DNA from: Pseudidiomarina andamanensis
GTDB lineage: Bacteria > Pseudomonadota > Gammaproteobacteria > Enterobacterales > Alteromonadaceae
Direction: 5' to 3'
Assembly: GCF_009734345.1 (NCBI RefSeq)
Contig: NZ_CP032551.1
Span: 720,001 to 752,000, forward strand
DNA: 32,000 nt
Shown: positions 8,526-18,192 of the stretch, one piece after another
Layout of the letters: each line of letters begins with the position of its first letter
Position numbering within the stretch: position 1 is the stretch's first letter
The notes under the pieces: model-generated
Told to the model about the DNA's origin: nothing
What the model saw: the letters and a program-made list of their open reading frames with translations, nothing else
Database searches by the model: none
Translations under genes and position numbers: made by a program

Positions 8526-10865
8526 ATGAATCAACAGCTCTTCGTAACTAAGCGTAGCGGCGAACGTGAACCTTTGAACTTGGACAAAATCCACCGCGTT
8601 ATTAGTTGGGCCGCAGAAGGCCTCAATGACGTCTCAGTGTCTCAAGTCGAAATCAAATCACACATTCAGTTTTACGATGGCATCAAAACTGAAGACATTC
8701 ATGAAACCATTATCAAAGCAGCTGCCGACTTAATTTCTGAAGAGGCACCTGATTATCAGTATATGGCTGCGCGCTTGGCTATTTTCCATTTGCGCAAATT
8801 GGCATACGGCCAGTTCGAGCCACCACATTTGTTTGACCAAGTCACCAAAATGGTCGAGTCAGGCCGCTATGATAAGCACCTGCTAACCGACTACAGCAAA
8901 GAAGAATTCGAGCAAATGAATGATTTTATTGATCATTCACGCGATTTAAACTTCTCCTATGCTGCTGTGAAACAGCTCGAAGGTAAATACCTCGTTCAGA
9001 ACCGTGTCACAGGTGATATCTACGAAAGTGCTCAATTTTTGTATGTGTTAGTTGCCGCGTGTTTGTTCGCCAACTATCCAAAAGAAACGCGCTTGGACTA
9101 CGTCAAACGTTTTTACGACGCGACGTCGCTGTTCAAAATCTCGCTACCAACGCCAATTATGGCTGGCGTGCGCACACCAACTCGTCAATTCAGCTCGTGC
9201 GTATTAATTGAAGCAGGCGATAGCCTCGACTCGATTAACGCCACCGCGAGTGCCATTGTGAAATATGTGTCGCAACGTGCAGGTATTGGTATCAATGCCG
9301 GTCGTATTCGTGCACTCGGTAGCCCGATTCGTGGTGGTGAAGCGTTCCATACTGGTTGTATTCCATTCTATAAATACTTCCAAACGGCAGTGAAAAGCTG
9401 TTCACAAGGTGGTGTTCGTGGCGGCGCCGCGACCCTCTTCTACCCACTGTGGCACTTAGAAGTTGAGAGCCTATTGGTACTCAAGAACAACCGTGGTGTT
9501 GAAGAAAACCGCGTACGTCATCTAGATTACGGCGTACAGTTTAACCGTGTGATGTATCAACGCTTAATCAAAGATGATTACATCACCCTGTTTAGTCCAT
9601 CAGACGTACCTGGTTTATACGACGCTTTCTTCGCCGACCAGGACGAGTTTGAGCGCTTGTACAAACAGTACGAAGCTGACGAATCAATTCGTAAGAAGCG
9701 CATTAAAGCCATTGAACTCTTTAGCTTGTTTATGCAAGAACGTGCGAGCACAGGCCGCATTTACTTGCAAAACGTTGACCATTGCAACACCCATAGCCCA
9801 TTTGATCCGAAAGTGGCGCCGATTCGCCAGAGCAACTTATGTCTGGAAATCGCCCTGCCAACGAAGCCGTTGGCGCACGTGAACGATGAAGAAGGTGAAA
9901 TTGCCCTGTGCACGCTGTCCGCCTTTAACTTAGGCGCGATCAACTCACTGGATGACTTAGAAGAGATGGCTGAATTAGCCGTGCGCGCGCTCGACAGCCT
10001 CCTCGATTACCAAGAATATCCGGTGCCGGCAGCGCGTAATGCCACCATGGGGCGCCGTACCTTAGGTATCGGTGTAATCAACTACGCGTATTATTTAGCG
10101 AAAAATGGTGTGCGTTATTCTGACGGGTCAGCGAATGGCCTCACGCACCGCACTTTCGAAGCCATTCAGTATTATCTGATGAAAGCGTCTATGAATTTGG
10201 CGAAGGAAATGGGTGCGTGTCCGAAGTTCAATGAAACAACGTACTCAAAAGGCATCATGCCAATTGATACCTACAAGAAAGATCTCGATACCGTGTGCAG
10301 CGAGCCGTTGCATTACGATTGGGATAGCTTGCGCGAAGATGTGAAGAAATATGGTATGCGCAACTCAACCTTGTCAGCGTTAATGCCATCTGAGACTTCG
10401 TCACAGATCTCAAACGCAACCAATGGTATTGAGCCGCCACGTGGCCATATTAGCGTTAAAGCTTCAAAAGACGGTATCACCAAGCAAGTAGTGCCTGAAT
10501 ACGAAACCTTGAAGCAAGCGTATGAATTACTTTGGCAAATTCCAAGTAACAAAGGTTACTTAGAGCTTGTCGGTATTATGCAGAAGTTCGTTGATCAAAC
10601 CATTTCAGCAAATACCAACTACGATCCGAACAAGTTTGAAGCCGGCAAAGTGCCGATGAAGCAATTACTACAAGACCTGCTTTATGCTTACAAACTTGGC
10701 GTGAAAACATTGTATTACCACAACACGCGTGACGGTGCATCTGACAACCAGGTTGACCTACGCGATAAAGTTGAAGCCAAAACACGTGAAGTAGAAAACC
10801 AACAAGCAACCGTAGCCGTAGTTGAAGAAGACGACGATTGCGCCGGCGGTGCTTGCAAAATTTAA
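8526..10865 (+). CDS. nrdA: class Ia ribonucleoside-diphosphate reductase, alpha subunit
   Basis: The ORF track starts at 8517 (MRLMNQQ..). The ATG at 8526 gives MNQQLFVTKRSGEREPLNLDKIHRVISWAAEGL, matching the E. coli NrdA N-terminus (MNQNLLVTKRDG..). Long near-identical blocks include RQFSSCVLIE, SQGGVRGGAATLFYP and NLCLEIALPT. C-terminal redox pair CAGGACKI. Confidence 0.97.
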   Translation: MNQQLFVTKRSGEREPLNLDKIHRVISWAAEGLNDVSVSQVEIKSHIQFYDGIKTEDIHETIIKAAADLISEEAPDYQYMAARLAIFHLRKLAYGQFEPPHLFDQVTKMVESGRYDKHLLTDYSKEEFEQMNDFIDHSRDLNFSYAAVKQLEGKYLVQNRVTGDIYESAQFLYVLVAACLFANYPKETRLDYVKRFYDATSLFKISLPTPIMAGVRTPTRQFSSCVLIEAGDSLDSINATASAIVKYVSQRAGIGINAGRIRALGSPIRGGEAFHTGCIPFYKYFQTAVKSCSQGGVRGGAATLFYPLWHLEVESLLVLKNNRGVEENRVRHLDYGVQFNRVMYQRLIKDDYITLFSPSDVPGLYDAFFADQDEFERLYKQYEADESIRKKRIKAIELFSLFMQERASTGRIYLQNVDHCNTHSPFDPKVAPIRQSNLCLEIALPTKPLAHVNDEEGEIALCTLSAFNLGAINSLDDLEEMAELAVRALDSLLDYQEYPVPAARNATMGRRTLGIGVINYAYYLAKNGVRYSDGSANGLTHRTFEAIQYYLMKASMNLAKEMGACPKFNETTYSKGIMPIDTYKKDLDTVCSEPLHYDWDSLREDVKKYGMRNSTLSALMPSETSSQISNATNGIEPPRGHISVKASKDGITKQVVPEYETLKQAYELLWQIPSNKGYLELVGIMQKFVDQTISANTNYDPNKFEAGKVPMKQLLQDLLYAYKLGVKTLYYHNTRDGASDNQVDLRDKVEAKTREVENQQATVAVVEEDDDCAGGACKI

Positions 10866-10902
10866 CAACGTGGAACGGCCAACAATTAAGGTGCGCTAAA
10901 CT

Positions 10903-12033
10903 ATGAGTTATTCAACGTTTAATCAAAATCAGATTAACCCGCTACACGAACCGATGTTCTTTGGTAACTCGGTGAACGTGGCGCGTTATGACCAACAAAA
11001 ACACAGTATTTTTGAAAAGCTCATCGAGAAACAAATCAGCTTCTTCTGGCGTCCAGAAGAAGTTGACGTGAGCCGCGATCGCGTTGACTTTCAGGCGCTG
11101 ACTGAAAGCGAGAAGCACATTTTTATTTCGAACCTGAAATATCAAACGCTACTGGATTCAGTACAAGGCCGCAGCCCGAACATAGCGTTGCTGCCAATTG
11201 TATCGATTCCAGAACTTGAAACCTGGATTGAGACGTGGTCGTTCTTTGAAACCATTCATTCGCGCTCATATACGCACATTTTGCGTAACCTCTTTACTGA
11301 TCCGAGTGAAGTTTTTGAAGACATCGTGATCAACGAAGAAATTCAAAAGCGCGCTATCGACATCTCGCAATACTATGACGATTTGATTTTCTACACCCAG
11401 CTTTGGCAAACCCACGGCGAAGGTGAATGGGAAGTTGATGGCGAAATGCATACGGTTAGCATGCGCGAGCTGAAGAAGAAGCTTTTCTTGTGTATCAACT
11501 CAGTCAATGCGCTTGAAGCGATTCGTTTCTACGTAAGTTTTGCCTGTACGTTTGCCTTTGCTGAGCGCGATTTAATGGAAGGTAATTCCAAGATCATTCG
11601 TTTGATTGCTCGCGACGAAAACCTTCACTTGGTTTCAACCCAGCAAATTTTAAATCTGTGGCAATACGGCAAAGACGACCCTGAAATGAAAGAAATTGCA
11701 GAAGAGCTTCGCGACGAAGCACTCGCGATTTTCATGAAGGCCGTTGAACAAGAAAAACAATGGGCGCACTACCTGTTCCGCAACGGTTCAATGATTGGTT
11801 TGAACGAAGAAATGCTCTGCCAATACGTTGAATATATTGCCAATATGCGAATGGAAGCCATTGGCTTTGACGCACCATTCAAACAGCGTAGCAACCCATT
11901 ACCATGGATGAATAAGTATCTTGTTTCTGACAACGTTCAAGTTGCACCACAGGAGGCTGAAATTACGTCTTACTTAGTGGGCCAAATCGATAGCGAAGTA
12001 AGTGCCGCCGATTTGGGAGACTTCGAACTTTAA
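10903..12033 (+). CDS. nrdB: class Ia ribonucleoside-diphosphate reductase, beta subunit
   Basis: 376-aa ORF collinear with E. coli NrdB. It has [24 protein letters not shown] (iron ligands / radical Tyr region) and [11 protein letters not shown], and ends in the acidic tail [14 protein letters not shown]. Confidence 0.97.
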   Translation: MSYSTFNQNQINPLHEPMFFGNSVNVARYDQQKHSIFEKLIEKQISFFWRPEEVDVSRDRVDFQALTESEKHIFISNLKYQTLLDSVQGRSPNIALLPIVSIPELETWIETWSFFETIHSRSYTHILRNLFTDPSEVFEDIVINEEIQKRAIDISQYYDDLIFYTQLWQTHGEGEWEVDGEMHTVSMRELKKKLFLCINSVNALEAIRFYVSFACTFAFAERDLMEGNSKIIRLIARDENLHLVSTQQILNLWQYGKDDPEMKEIAEELRDEALAIFMKAVEQEKQWAHYLFRNGSMIGLNEEMLCQYVEYIANMRMEAIGFDAPFKQRSNPLPWMNKYLVSDNVQVAPQEAEITSYLVGQIDSEVSAADLGDFEL

Positions 12034-12040
12034 TCATCCC

Positions 12041-12304
12041 ATGAGCCAGCTTTTTAAGGTTAAAGTCAACGGTCAGCACGAGCTGACCGTTGATGCTTCA
12101 CAAGGTACAACTCTGCTTGAAGCGATGGAGCAAGCCGGCTTAGAACCGCATTACCATTGTCGCAATGGCTTCTGTGGCGCTTGTCGAGTGCAACTTGTCA
12201 GCGGTGAAGTTGATTACGTGAACGACCCACTCGCATTTATCCGCCCTGGCGACTGCCTTGCCTGCTGCTGTACTGCAAAAACCGACCTCGAAATTAATCA
12301 ATAA
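12041..12304 (+). CDS. yfaE: 2Fe-2S ferredoxin YfaE (RNR diferric-tyrosyl radical maintenance)
   Basis: The track ORF begins at a GTG inside nrdB (12002). The ATG at 12041 gives an 87-aa protein MSQLFKVKVNG... with the cysteine pattern C-x4-C-x2-C ... CCC (HCRNGFCGACR ... CLACCC) like E. coli YfaE. It lies immediately after nrdB, as in E. coli. Confidence 0.85.
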   Translation: MSQLFKVKVNGQHELTVDASQGTTLLEAMEQAGLEPHYHCRNGFCGACRVQLVSGEVDYVNDPLAFIRPGDCLACCCTAKTDLEINQ

Positions 12305-12408
12305 ATCGACAAAATCGATAATCTATATCAACGAAACCCATTGGCATCTCATCGCTGTTTATAGGAAAATACACGGTAATTATCGCTTTTAAAAAACAGG
12401 AGTAGCGA

Positions 12409-12675
12409 ATGTTTACTGTGATTTTTGGTCGCCCAGGCTGCCCATTCTGCGTACGCGCGAAACAAATTGCTGAAAAATTAGCAGAAGATCGTGACGATTT
12501 TGAGTTTCGTTACATCGACATGCACGCCGAAGGCATCAGCAAGGCTGACTTAGAAAAAACTGTGGGTAAGCCAGTATTAACCGTGCCGCAAATCTTTATT
12601 GATGAGCAGCACATTGGTGGTTGTGATGATTTTGAAGCGTATTCACGCGCCAATTTAGGTTTATACGCTAGTTAA
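12409..12675 (+). CDS. grxA: glutaredoxin 1
   Basis: 88-aa ORF MFTVIFGRPGCPFCVRAKQIAEKL...TVPQIFIDEQHIGG. It has a CPFC active site and is collinear with E. coli GrxA (..VIFGRSGCPYCVRAK..TVPQIFIDQQHIGG). CAGGAG Shine-Dalgarno at 12396-12401. Confidence 0.9.
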   Translation: MFTVIFGRPGCPFCVRAKQIAEKLAEDRDDFEFRYIDMHAEGISKADLEKTVGKPVLTVPQIFIDEQHIGGCDDFEAYSRANLGLYAS

Positions 12676-15600
12676 AGCTTGTCGTACTCGTTTCTCAGAG
12701 ATTGGGAAACGAGTGCCTAGAGTTTGCGCAAACAAACTCACTCGCAGTTCCTCAATCATCCAACGAATGTCTTTAACCGCTTCCGGTATCTCCTGCCCCT
12801 TCTGGAATTTCGCTAGTAGCGCTTGATAATCTTGTTGAAGCCCAGTGACTACCAACGTGTGCAACCGATCTTTATTCGGATCAACCGGTAACTTTTCAAG
12901 ACGGCGCTCAATCGCCTGTAAATACCGCACGATATCCGGCAGTCGGGCAGCGCCAACATCGCTGACAAAGCCACGATAGACAAGATGATCCAGCTGATCT
13001 TTAATGTCGCCATGCGCCTGAATTTGGTCCAGACTCACCTTGCCTTTCAAGCGTTTTCGAATGGTTTGGCTTCGTATTAAACACGGCTCGACCAAGGTGG
13101 CAATGGCAGAGACACGCTCATTTAGCTCCGCTCGAGCAACCTCATAGAGCTGTCGGAATGTTTCAGCATCACGTGCGCTATTCGCATCAATCATCTCATC
13201 TAAGGCAGCAATAATGCAGTCGTTGATCAAATCATCAACTTTTCCCCAAGGGTTGTAATACATCGCCAACTTCGCTTTGTTTGACAGCGATTGCTGTAAA
13301 TAACGAACCGGTGAAGGTAACTGTGCTAGAAGTAGTTGGCGTAAGCCCTGTCGATGCGCCTGCTGCGCTTGTGCGGGTGTATCAAACAACTCTTGGCGTA
13401 CGCCTTCGCCATCAGGAACCAGCGCAGGATAAGCTTTAATGGCGTAACCTTGCTGTTGCTTCTCAAGCGTATCTGGCAATTCGCCAAATACCCATTCTGT
13501 GGCAACCTTCTGTGTTGGCTCAGTTCGCTGCACCGCGCGCTTGAGCGCATGTTTCACTTGCCCTTGCATTGTTTGTTGCAAGCTTTCTAAGTCACGACTC
13601 ATCCGTAAAGTTTCACCGCGATCATCTATCACCGCATAATTCATTCGCAAGTGCTGTGGCAGTTGTGTCGCATCCCAAGCGTCTGCAGGAATAGTTACTC
13701 CCGTCATACGCCGTAACTTGGCAGCTAAAGCCTCTAGTAATGGTATGTTTGCAATTAATTCAGCACTGCAGTCAGCCAAGAATGCTTGCGCATAGTTCGG
13801 CGCTGGCACAAAGTTGCGGCGTAATGCCTTCGGCAATGATTTAATCCAAGCGACGACCAAATCATGTCGCAATGCCGGAATTAACCAATCAAATCCGTGC
13901 GTCGTGATCTGGTTTAGTAGCGCCAGAGGCACTTCAACCGTCACTCCATCATCCGCGGCATTCGGATCGAAGACGTAACGTAACTTAAGGCGCAGATTAC
14001 CTTGTTGCCAAGTCTCAGGGTAATCCAACTCGGTAACATGGGACGCATCCTGCGCCATTAAATCATCGCGTTCAAAGCGCAATAGCTTCGGTTCTTGTTT
14101 GACCGCCTTGTACCACCAACCAGTTAGTAGCTGCTCGTTATAGATACCAGCAGGAATCTCACGGTCATAAGCGTCAAATAGCGCTTCGTCATCAATCAGA
14201 ATGTCGCGACGGCGTGATTTTTCTTCTAACTTTCGTACATCGTCAATAAGCGCGCGGTTATGTGCAATAAAGGGTAAGTCACGACTTAACTGGCCTTGCA
14301 CTAGACCTTCACGAATGAAAATCTCACGCGCGCCAGCAGCATTTACCGGACCGTATTGAACTTTACGACGCGGCACAATAATCAGGCCAAATAACGTCAC
14401 CTGCTCGTCGGCAATCACTGAGCCCTGCTTCTTCGAGAAGTGCGGCTCAAAATAATTCCGCTTCACCAAGTGCATCGCCGCCGGTTCAATCCATTCAGGC
14501 TCAATACGCGCGTTCATGCGGGCAAACAAGCGCGAGGTTTCTACCAACTCCGCTGCCATCACCCATTTCGGCGACTTTTTGAATAAGCCAGAACCTGGAA
14601 AAATATAAAACTTGCGATTACGTGCACCGAGGTACTCATGGCCTTCCTGCTTCTGGCCCAATTGAGACAACATACCGGTTAGCAGTGCACGGTGAACCGC
14701 TTCGTACGAGGCTGGTTCTTGATTAATTCGAAACCCTAAGCCACGCACGGTCTGACGCACTTGCGTATATACATCCTGCCATTCGCGTACGCGAAGAAAG
14801 TGCAAAAATTCTTGCTTTAAACGTTTCCTGAATTGCGTTTTAGACAACTCATGTTGCAATTCGGACAAGTAACCCCAAAGCTTTAGAAAGCCCATAAAAT
14901 CAGAATCTTTATCATGGAATCGCTGATGCAATTCATCTGCTTTTTGCGAACCTTGCTGTGGTCGCTCACGCGGGTCTTGAATACTCAATGCCGCCACAAT
15001 GACCATCACTTCCTGCATACAGCCATATTCATTAGCCGCCAATACCATGCGAGCCAATCGCGGATCCAACGGTAATTGTGCTAACTGACGACCAACAGCC
15101 GTTAACCGCGGACCTTGATAACCACCGCGTGATTTTTGACGATTCTGCCGACGGCCACTCGGCGCAATCGCATGCAGTTCTTGGAGCAAGTTAACCCCAT
15201 CATTGATATAGCGTTCATCGGGCCGTTCAATGAATGGAAACTTGCGAATATCACCTAGCTTCGCCGAGGTCATTTGCAGAATAACTGCCGCAAGATTGGT
15301 GCGAAGTATTTCAGGATCGGTGTATTCAGGGCGAGCGAGAAAATCCTCCTCACTATATAACCGAATACATATCCCAGGGGCTACCCGACCACATCGCCCT
15401 GCCCGCTGATTGGCACTAGCTTGCGAGATTTTCTCAATTGGAAGACGTTGTACTTTGGTGCGATAACTGTAACGACTGATACGTGCGGTACCCGGATCGA
15501 TGACATAACGAATACCCGGAACAGTTAGAGATGTTTCGGCAACGTTTGTGGCAATGACCACGCGACGCATACTATGTGGTTGAAATATGCGGTTTTGCTC

Positions 15601-16401
15601 AGCTGCTGATAAACGGGCAAATAACGGTAATATTTCCGTGTTTGCCAAATTCAGTTCACCAATCGCTTCAGCAAAATCTCGAATTTCACGTTCACCACTG
15701 GCAAAAATCAGCACGTCACCCGAGGCTTCGCGCTGTAACTCTTGCACGGCATCACAAACGCCTTGCACAACATCTAAATCATCATCATTGGTATCGGCAT
15801 CTTGTAGCGGACGATAACGAATTTCTACAGGGTAAGTGCGTCCGCTGACCGTAATGATTGGCGCCGCATTAAAATGTTTCGAAAAACGCTCGGTTTCAAT
15901 GGTAGCCGAGGTAATGATCAGTTTTAACTCAGATCTTTTCGGCAATAAAGTCGATAAGACACCGAGTAGAAAATCGATGTTCAGACTGCGCTCATGCGCT
16001 TCATCAATAATAATTGCATCGTATTTTGACAGCAGACGATCGGTTTGTAGTTCAGCCAGCAACATCCCGTCAGTCACTAGCTTAATCCGCGTTCCCGCTG
16101 CTGTTTCGTCTTGAAATCGAACTTTGTAACCAACCACTGAACCTAATTCGGTTTGCAGTTCTTGGGCAATCCGTGCGGCAACACTGCGAGCGGCTAATCG
16201 GCGCGGTTGCGTATGACCTATCATGCGCCCTTCATCCGCATTACCATAGCCCATCTCAAGTAGCATTTTAGGTAACTGAGTTGTTTTACCAGAGCCCGTT
16301 TCACCAGCAATAATCACCACTTGGTGTTTCGCAATGGCGGTTTGAATGGTCTGTTTTTCTTGTACGACAGGTAAGTCAGCTGGAAATTGAATGGCGCGCA
16401 C
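12661..16401 (-). CDS. hrpA: ATP-dependent RNA helicase HrpA (DEAH-box)
   Basis: 1246-aa ORF with motif I GETGSGKTTQLPK, motif II IIDEAHERS, TSAT, motif VI QRAGRCGRV, and a long HrpA-specific C-terminal region ending like E. coli (IRWMIEELRVS.FAQ). The start is the GTG at 16399-16401 with AGGA 5 nt upstream. An in-frame TGA at 16414-16416 rules out a longer N-terminus. Confidence 0.92.
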   Translation of the reverse strand: MRAIQFPADLPVVQEKQTIQTAIAKHQVVIIAGETGSGKTTQLPKMLLEMGYGNADEGRMIGHTQPRRLAARSVAARIAQELQTELGSVVGYKVRFQDETAAGTRIKLVTDGMLLAELQTDRLLSKYDAIIIDEAHERSLNIDFLLGVLSTLLPKRSELKLIITSATIETERFSKHFNAAPIITVSGRTYPVEIRYRPLQDADTNDDDLDVVQGVCDAVQELQREASGDVLIFASGEREIRDFAEAIGELNLANTEILPLFARLSAAEQNRIFQPHSMRRVVIATNVAETSLTVPGIRYVIDPGTARISRYSYRTKVQRLPIEKISQASANQRAGRCGRVAPGICIRLYSEEDFLARPEYTDPEILRTNLAAVILQMTSAKLGDIRKFPFIERPDERYINDGVNLLQELHAIAPSGRRQNRQKSRGGYQGPRLTAVGRQLAQLPLDPRLARMVLAANEYGCMQEVMVIVAALSIQDPRERPQQGSQKADELHQRFHDKDSDFMGFLKLWGYLSELQHELSKTQFRKRLKQEFLHFLRVREWQDVYTQVRQTVRGLGFRINQEPASYEAVHRALLTGMLSQLGQKQEGHEYLGARNRKFYIFPGSGLFKKSPKWVMAAELVETSRLFARMNARIEPEWIEPAAMHLVKRNYFEPHFSKKQGSVIADEQVTLFGLIIVPRRKVQYGPVNAAGAREIFIREGLVQGQLSRDLPFIAHNRALIDDVRKLEEKSRRRDILIDDEALFDAYDREIPAGIYNEQLLTGWWYKAVKQEPKLLRFERDDLMAQDASHVTELDYPETWQQGNLRLKLRYVFDPNAADDGVTVEVPLALLNQITTHGFDWLIPALRHDLVVAWIKSLPKALRRNFVPAPNYAQAFLADCSAELIANIPLLEALAAKLRRMTGVTIPADAWDATQLPQHLRMNYAVIDDRGETLRMSRDLESLQQTMQGQVKHALKRAVQRTEPTQKVATEWVFGELPDTLEKQQQGYAIKAYPALVPDGEGVRQELFDTPAQAQQAHRQGLRQLLLAQLPSPVRYLQQSLSNKAKLAMYYNPWGKVDDLINDCIIAALDEMIDANSARDAETFRQLYEVARAELNERVSAIATLVEPCLIRSQTIRKRLKGKVSLDQIQAHGDIKDQLDHLVYRGFVSDVGAARLPDIVRYLQAIERRLEKLPVDPNKDRLHTLVVTGLQQDYQALLAKFQKGQEIPEAVKDIRWMIEELRVSLFAQTLGTRFPISEKRVRQALTSV

Positions 16402-16418
16402 GTCAGTCCTAGGTCATT

Positions 16419-16450
16419 AAAAAGCTGACGCTAGTTTACCAGCGTCAGCT
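16419..16450 (-). terminator. rho-independent terminator after the CBS-domain gene
   Basis: The minus strand reads AGCTGACGCT-GGTAAACT-AGCGTCAGCT followed by TTTTT: a perfect 10-bp stem (16441-16450 / 16423-16432), an 8-nt loop and a U-run (16419-16423 region). It starts 8 nt after the stop at 16458. Confidence 0.7.
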
Positions 16451-16457
16451 GTTGATG

Positions 16458-16877
16458 TTAACGGCGAGAATACCCATCACGTAAATGTAAATCGATTGCC
16501 CGCAACACATCGGTTCGTGTGATCACACCGATCAATTGGCGCTCCGCATCAACTACCGGGTACATTTTGGGCTTATTGGCAGTCATTTGCTGCGCCAAAT
16601 CGGTTACCGATGAATCGGCATCGATCGTCACGACATCGCCTCGATACATGCAGTCGCCAACCGTCGCGCTTTGCTCATTGTGGTACGTATCACGTAGCAT
16701 AGTGGCTAAACAGTCTTGTTCGGACAAAAAGCCAACTAACTTATGTTGCGCATCGACCACCGGACCGCCACGCTGATTGCTTTGCAGCAACACTGAAACG
16801 GCGGCTTCAATCGACATCTCCGGCGAAAAACTCACCGGATGCCGATTCATATAATCAACTACTTTTAACGAATGCAT
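16458..16877 (-). CDS. CBS-pair domain protein (stand-alone)
   Basis: The track ORF starts at 16922. I prefer the ATG at 16875-16877 (MHSLKVVDYMNRHPVSF..), which has GAGAGG 6 nt upstream. Two CBS-like repeats end in ..GGPVVDAQHKLVGFLSEQD.. and ..MYPVVDAERQLIGVITRTDVLRA. Confidence 0.78.
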   Translation of the reverse strand: MHSLKVVDYMNRHPVSFSPEMSIEAAVSVLLQSNQRGGPVVDAQHKLVGFLSEQDCLATMLRDTYHNEQSATVGDCMYRGDVVTIDADSSVTDLAQQMTANKPKMYPVVDAERQLIGVITRTDVLRAIDLHLRDGYSRR

Positions 16878-16931
16878 GATGTACCTCTCTTGCGTTGAAC
16901 CTAAAGTTGAACAACCATGCATTCAGTATAG

Positions 16932-17966
16932 TCAATCGTTGTAGATGGCAACCTCGGCAGGTGCGTTACCGATACGTTTCGCTCGGTACATGCCCTCAGT
17001 ATTAAATGGCATGTGCACATTGCCATCTTTATCAACAATTATCACACCGCCCGTACCACCTTGCGGTAGCAACACATCATGAATCACGGTGTCACCCGCA
17101 GTGACAACGTCAACTTGTTGATACTTCATACGCGAACAAATGTCTGCCGCGACATGATAACGAATAAAATATTCGCCATGCCCGGTGGCAGAAACCGCAC
17201 AACTGTCATTATCTGCCCAGGTGCCTGCGCCAATAATCGGTGAATCGCCAATACGACCATAGCGCTTACCCGTCATACCGCCGGTTGATGTGGCTGCGGC
17301 AAGATTTCCGTGCTTGTCGCGAGCTACAGCACCAACCGTGCCGTATTTGAAGTTATCGTCCATGTCCACCCAAGCTTGCTTATCCTGCGGGTTACCAACT
17401 TGCTCTTTCATGCGCTGAAGCGCTTTAAAACGGGCTTCGGTGTTGAAGTAACTGTTGTCAACCTGCTCAAGGCCTTGCTCACGCGAAAACTGCTCCGCGC
17501 CGGCACCACTCAGCATCACGTGCACCGACTCTTCCATCACTTTGCGAGCTAACGCAATGGGGCTTTTTACTGTTTTTACGCTTGCAACCGCACCCGCTTC
17601 ACGCGTTTTGCCATCCATAATTGACGCATCAAGCTCGTGCTCGCCCTCCCAGTTATAAACAGCACCAACGCCAGCATTAAATAACGGTGAGGCTTCCATG
17701 ATCTGAACCGCAGCAATAACCGCATCCATACTGGTACCACCGTTCGCTAGAACCGCGTGCCCAGCATTAATCGCTTCATTCAATTTAGCTTTATACGCTC
17801 GCTCTCGCTCCGGAGTCATGCTTTCACGAGTAATCGTGCCAGCACCACCATGAATGGCGATAGAAAAGATTTCATCAGTAGCTTTCTTTCCATGGTCGTG
17901 AGCAATAGCAGTATTTGCTGCCATACCAAACAAGCCCATAGCGGCAATAAGTGCGATACGTTTCAT
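16932..17966 (-). CDS. iaaA: isoaspartyl peptidase / L-asparaginase (Ntn-hydrolase, peptidase T2), secreted
   Basis: 344-aa ORF with signal peptide MKRIALIAAMGLFGMAANTAIA. It has HGGAGT, the autoprocessing Gly-Thr site in FKYGTVGAVARD, and STGGMTGKRYGRIGDSPIIGAG. GAGG lies 5 nt upstream of the ATG at 17964-17966. Confidence 0.88.
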   Translation of the reverse strand: MKRIALIAAMGLFGMAANTAIAHDHGKKATDEIFSIAIHGGAGTITRESMTPERERAYKAKLNEAINAGHAVLANGGTSMDAVIAAVQIMEASPLFNAGVGAVYNWEGEHELDASIMDGKTREAGAVASVKTVKSPIALARKVMEESVHVMLSGAGAEQFSREQGLEQVDNSYFNTEARFKALQRMKEQVGNPQDKQAWVDMDDNFKYGTVGAVARDKHGNLAAATSTGGMTGKRYGRIGDSPIIGAGTWADNDSCAVSATGHGEYFIRYHVAADICSRMKYQQVDVVTAGDTVIHDVLLPQGGTGGVIIVDKDGNVHMPFNTEGMYRAKRIGNAPAEVAIYND

Positions 17967-17974
17967 AAAAACCT

Positions 17975-18023
17975 CGTTGTTCGTTAATCGTTAATCGTTA
18001 TTCGTTATTCGTTATTCGTTGTT
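17975..18023. repeat. seven tandem 7-bp units CGTTGTT CGTTAAT CGTTAAT CGTTATT CGTTATT CGTTATT CGTTGTT
   Basis: Read directly from the sequence. Same unit family as 2817-2846. It begins 9 nt from the iaaA start codon and touches its Shine-Dalgarno. Confidence 0.85.
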
Positions 18024-18107
18024 AGTTTTTCGATACTAGCAGAGTTGTGAACTTCGAATACAGTTGTTCTAACGCTTTAGCTTTTCGTTTTACCGCTTTT
18101 ATCATTT

Positions 18108-18192
18108 CCGAATAACGAATAACGATTAACGAATAACGCCTTTGCTTTTGTTTCCGAATAACGAGTAACCAATAACGAATAACGCCTTTGCT
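18108..18192. repeat. two tandem ~46-bp units, each with four complementary heptamers (AATAACG type) followed by GCCTTTGCT
   Basis: Unit 1 (18108-18153) is ccgaataacgaataacgattaacgaataacgcctttgct.... Unit 2 (from 18154) is ccgaataacgagtaaccaataacgaataacgcctttgct.... They are 36/39 identical over the shared part. Both are reverse-complementary to the 17975-18023 array. Confidence 0.8.

Noticed and set aside
17975-18192. Regularly spaced short repeats that could at first glance be taken for a CRISPR array (also 2817-2887).
   Set aside because: The repeat unit is 7 bp with no unique spacers of 25-40 bp between units. The arms are mutually complementary rather than direct repeats, and no cas genes are nearby. 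I treat it as a palindromic intergenic element instead.
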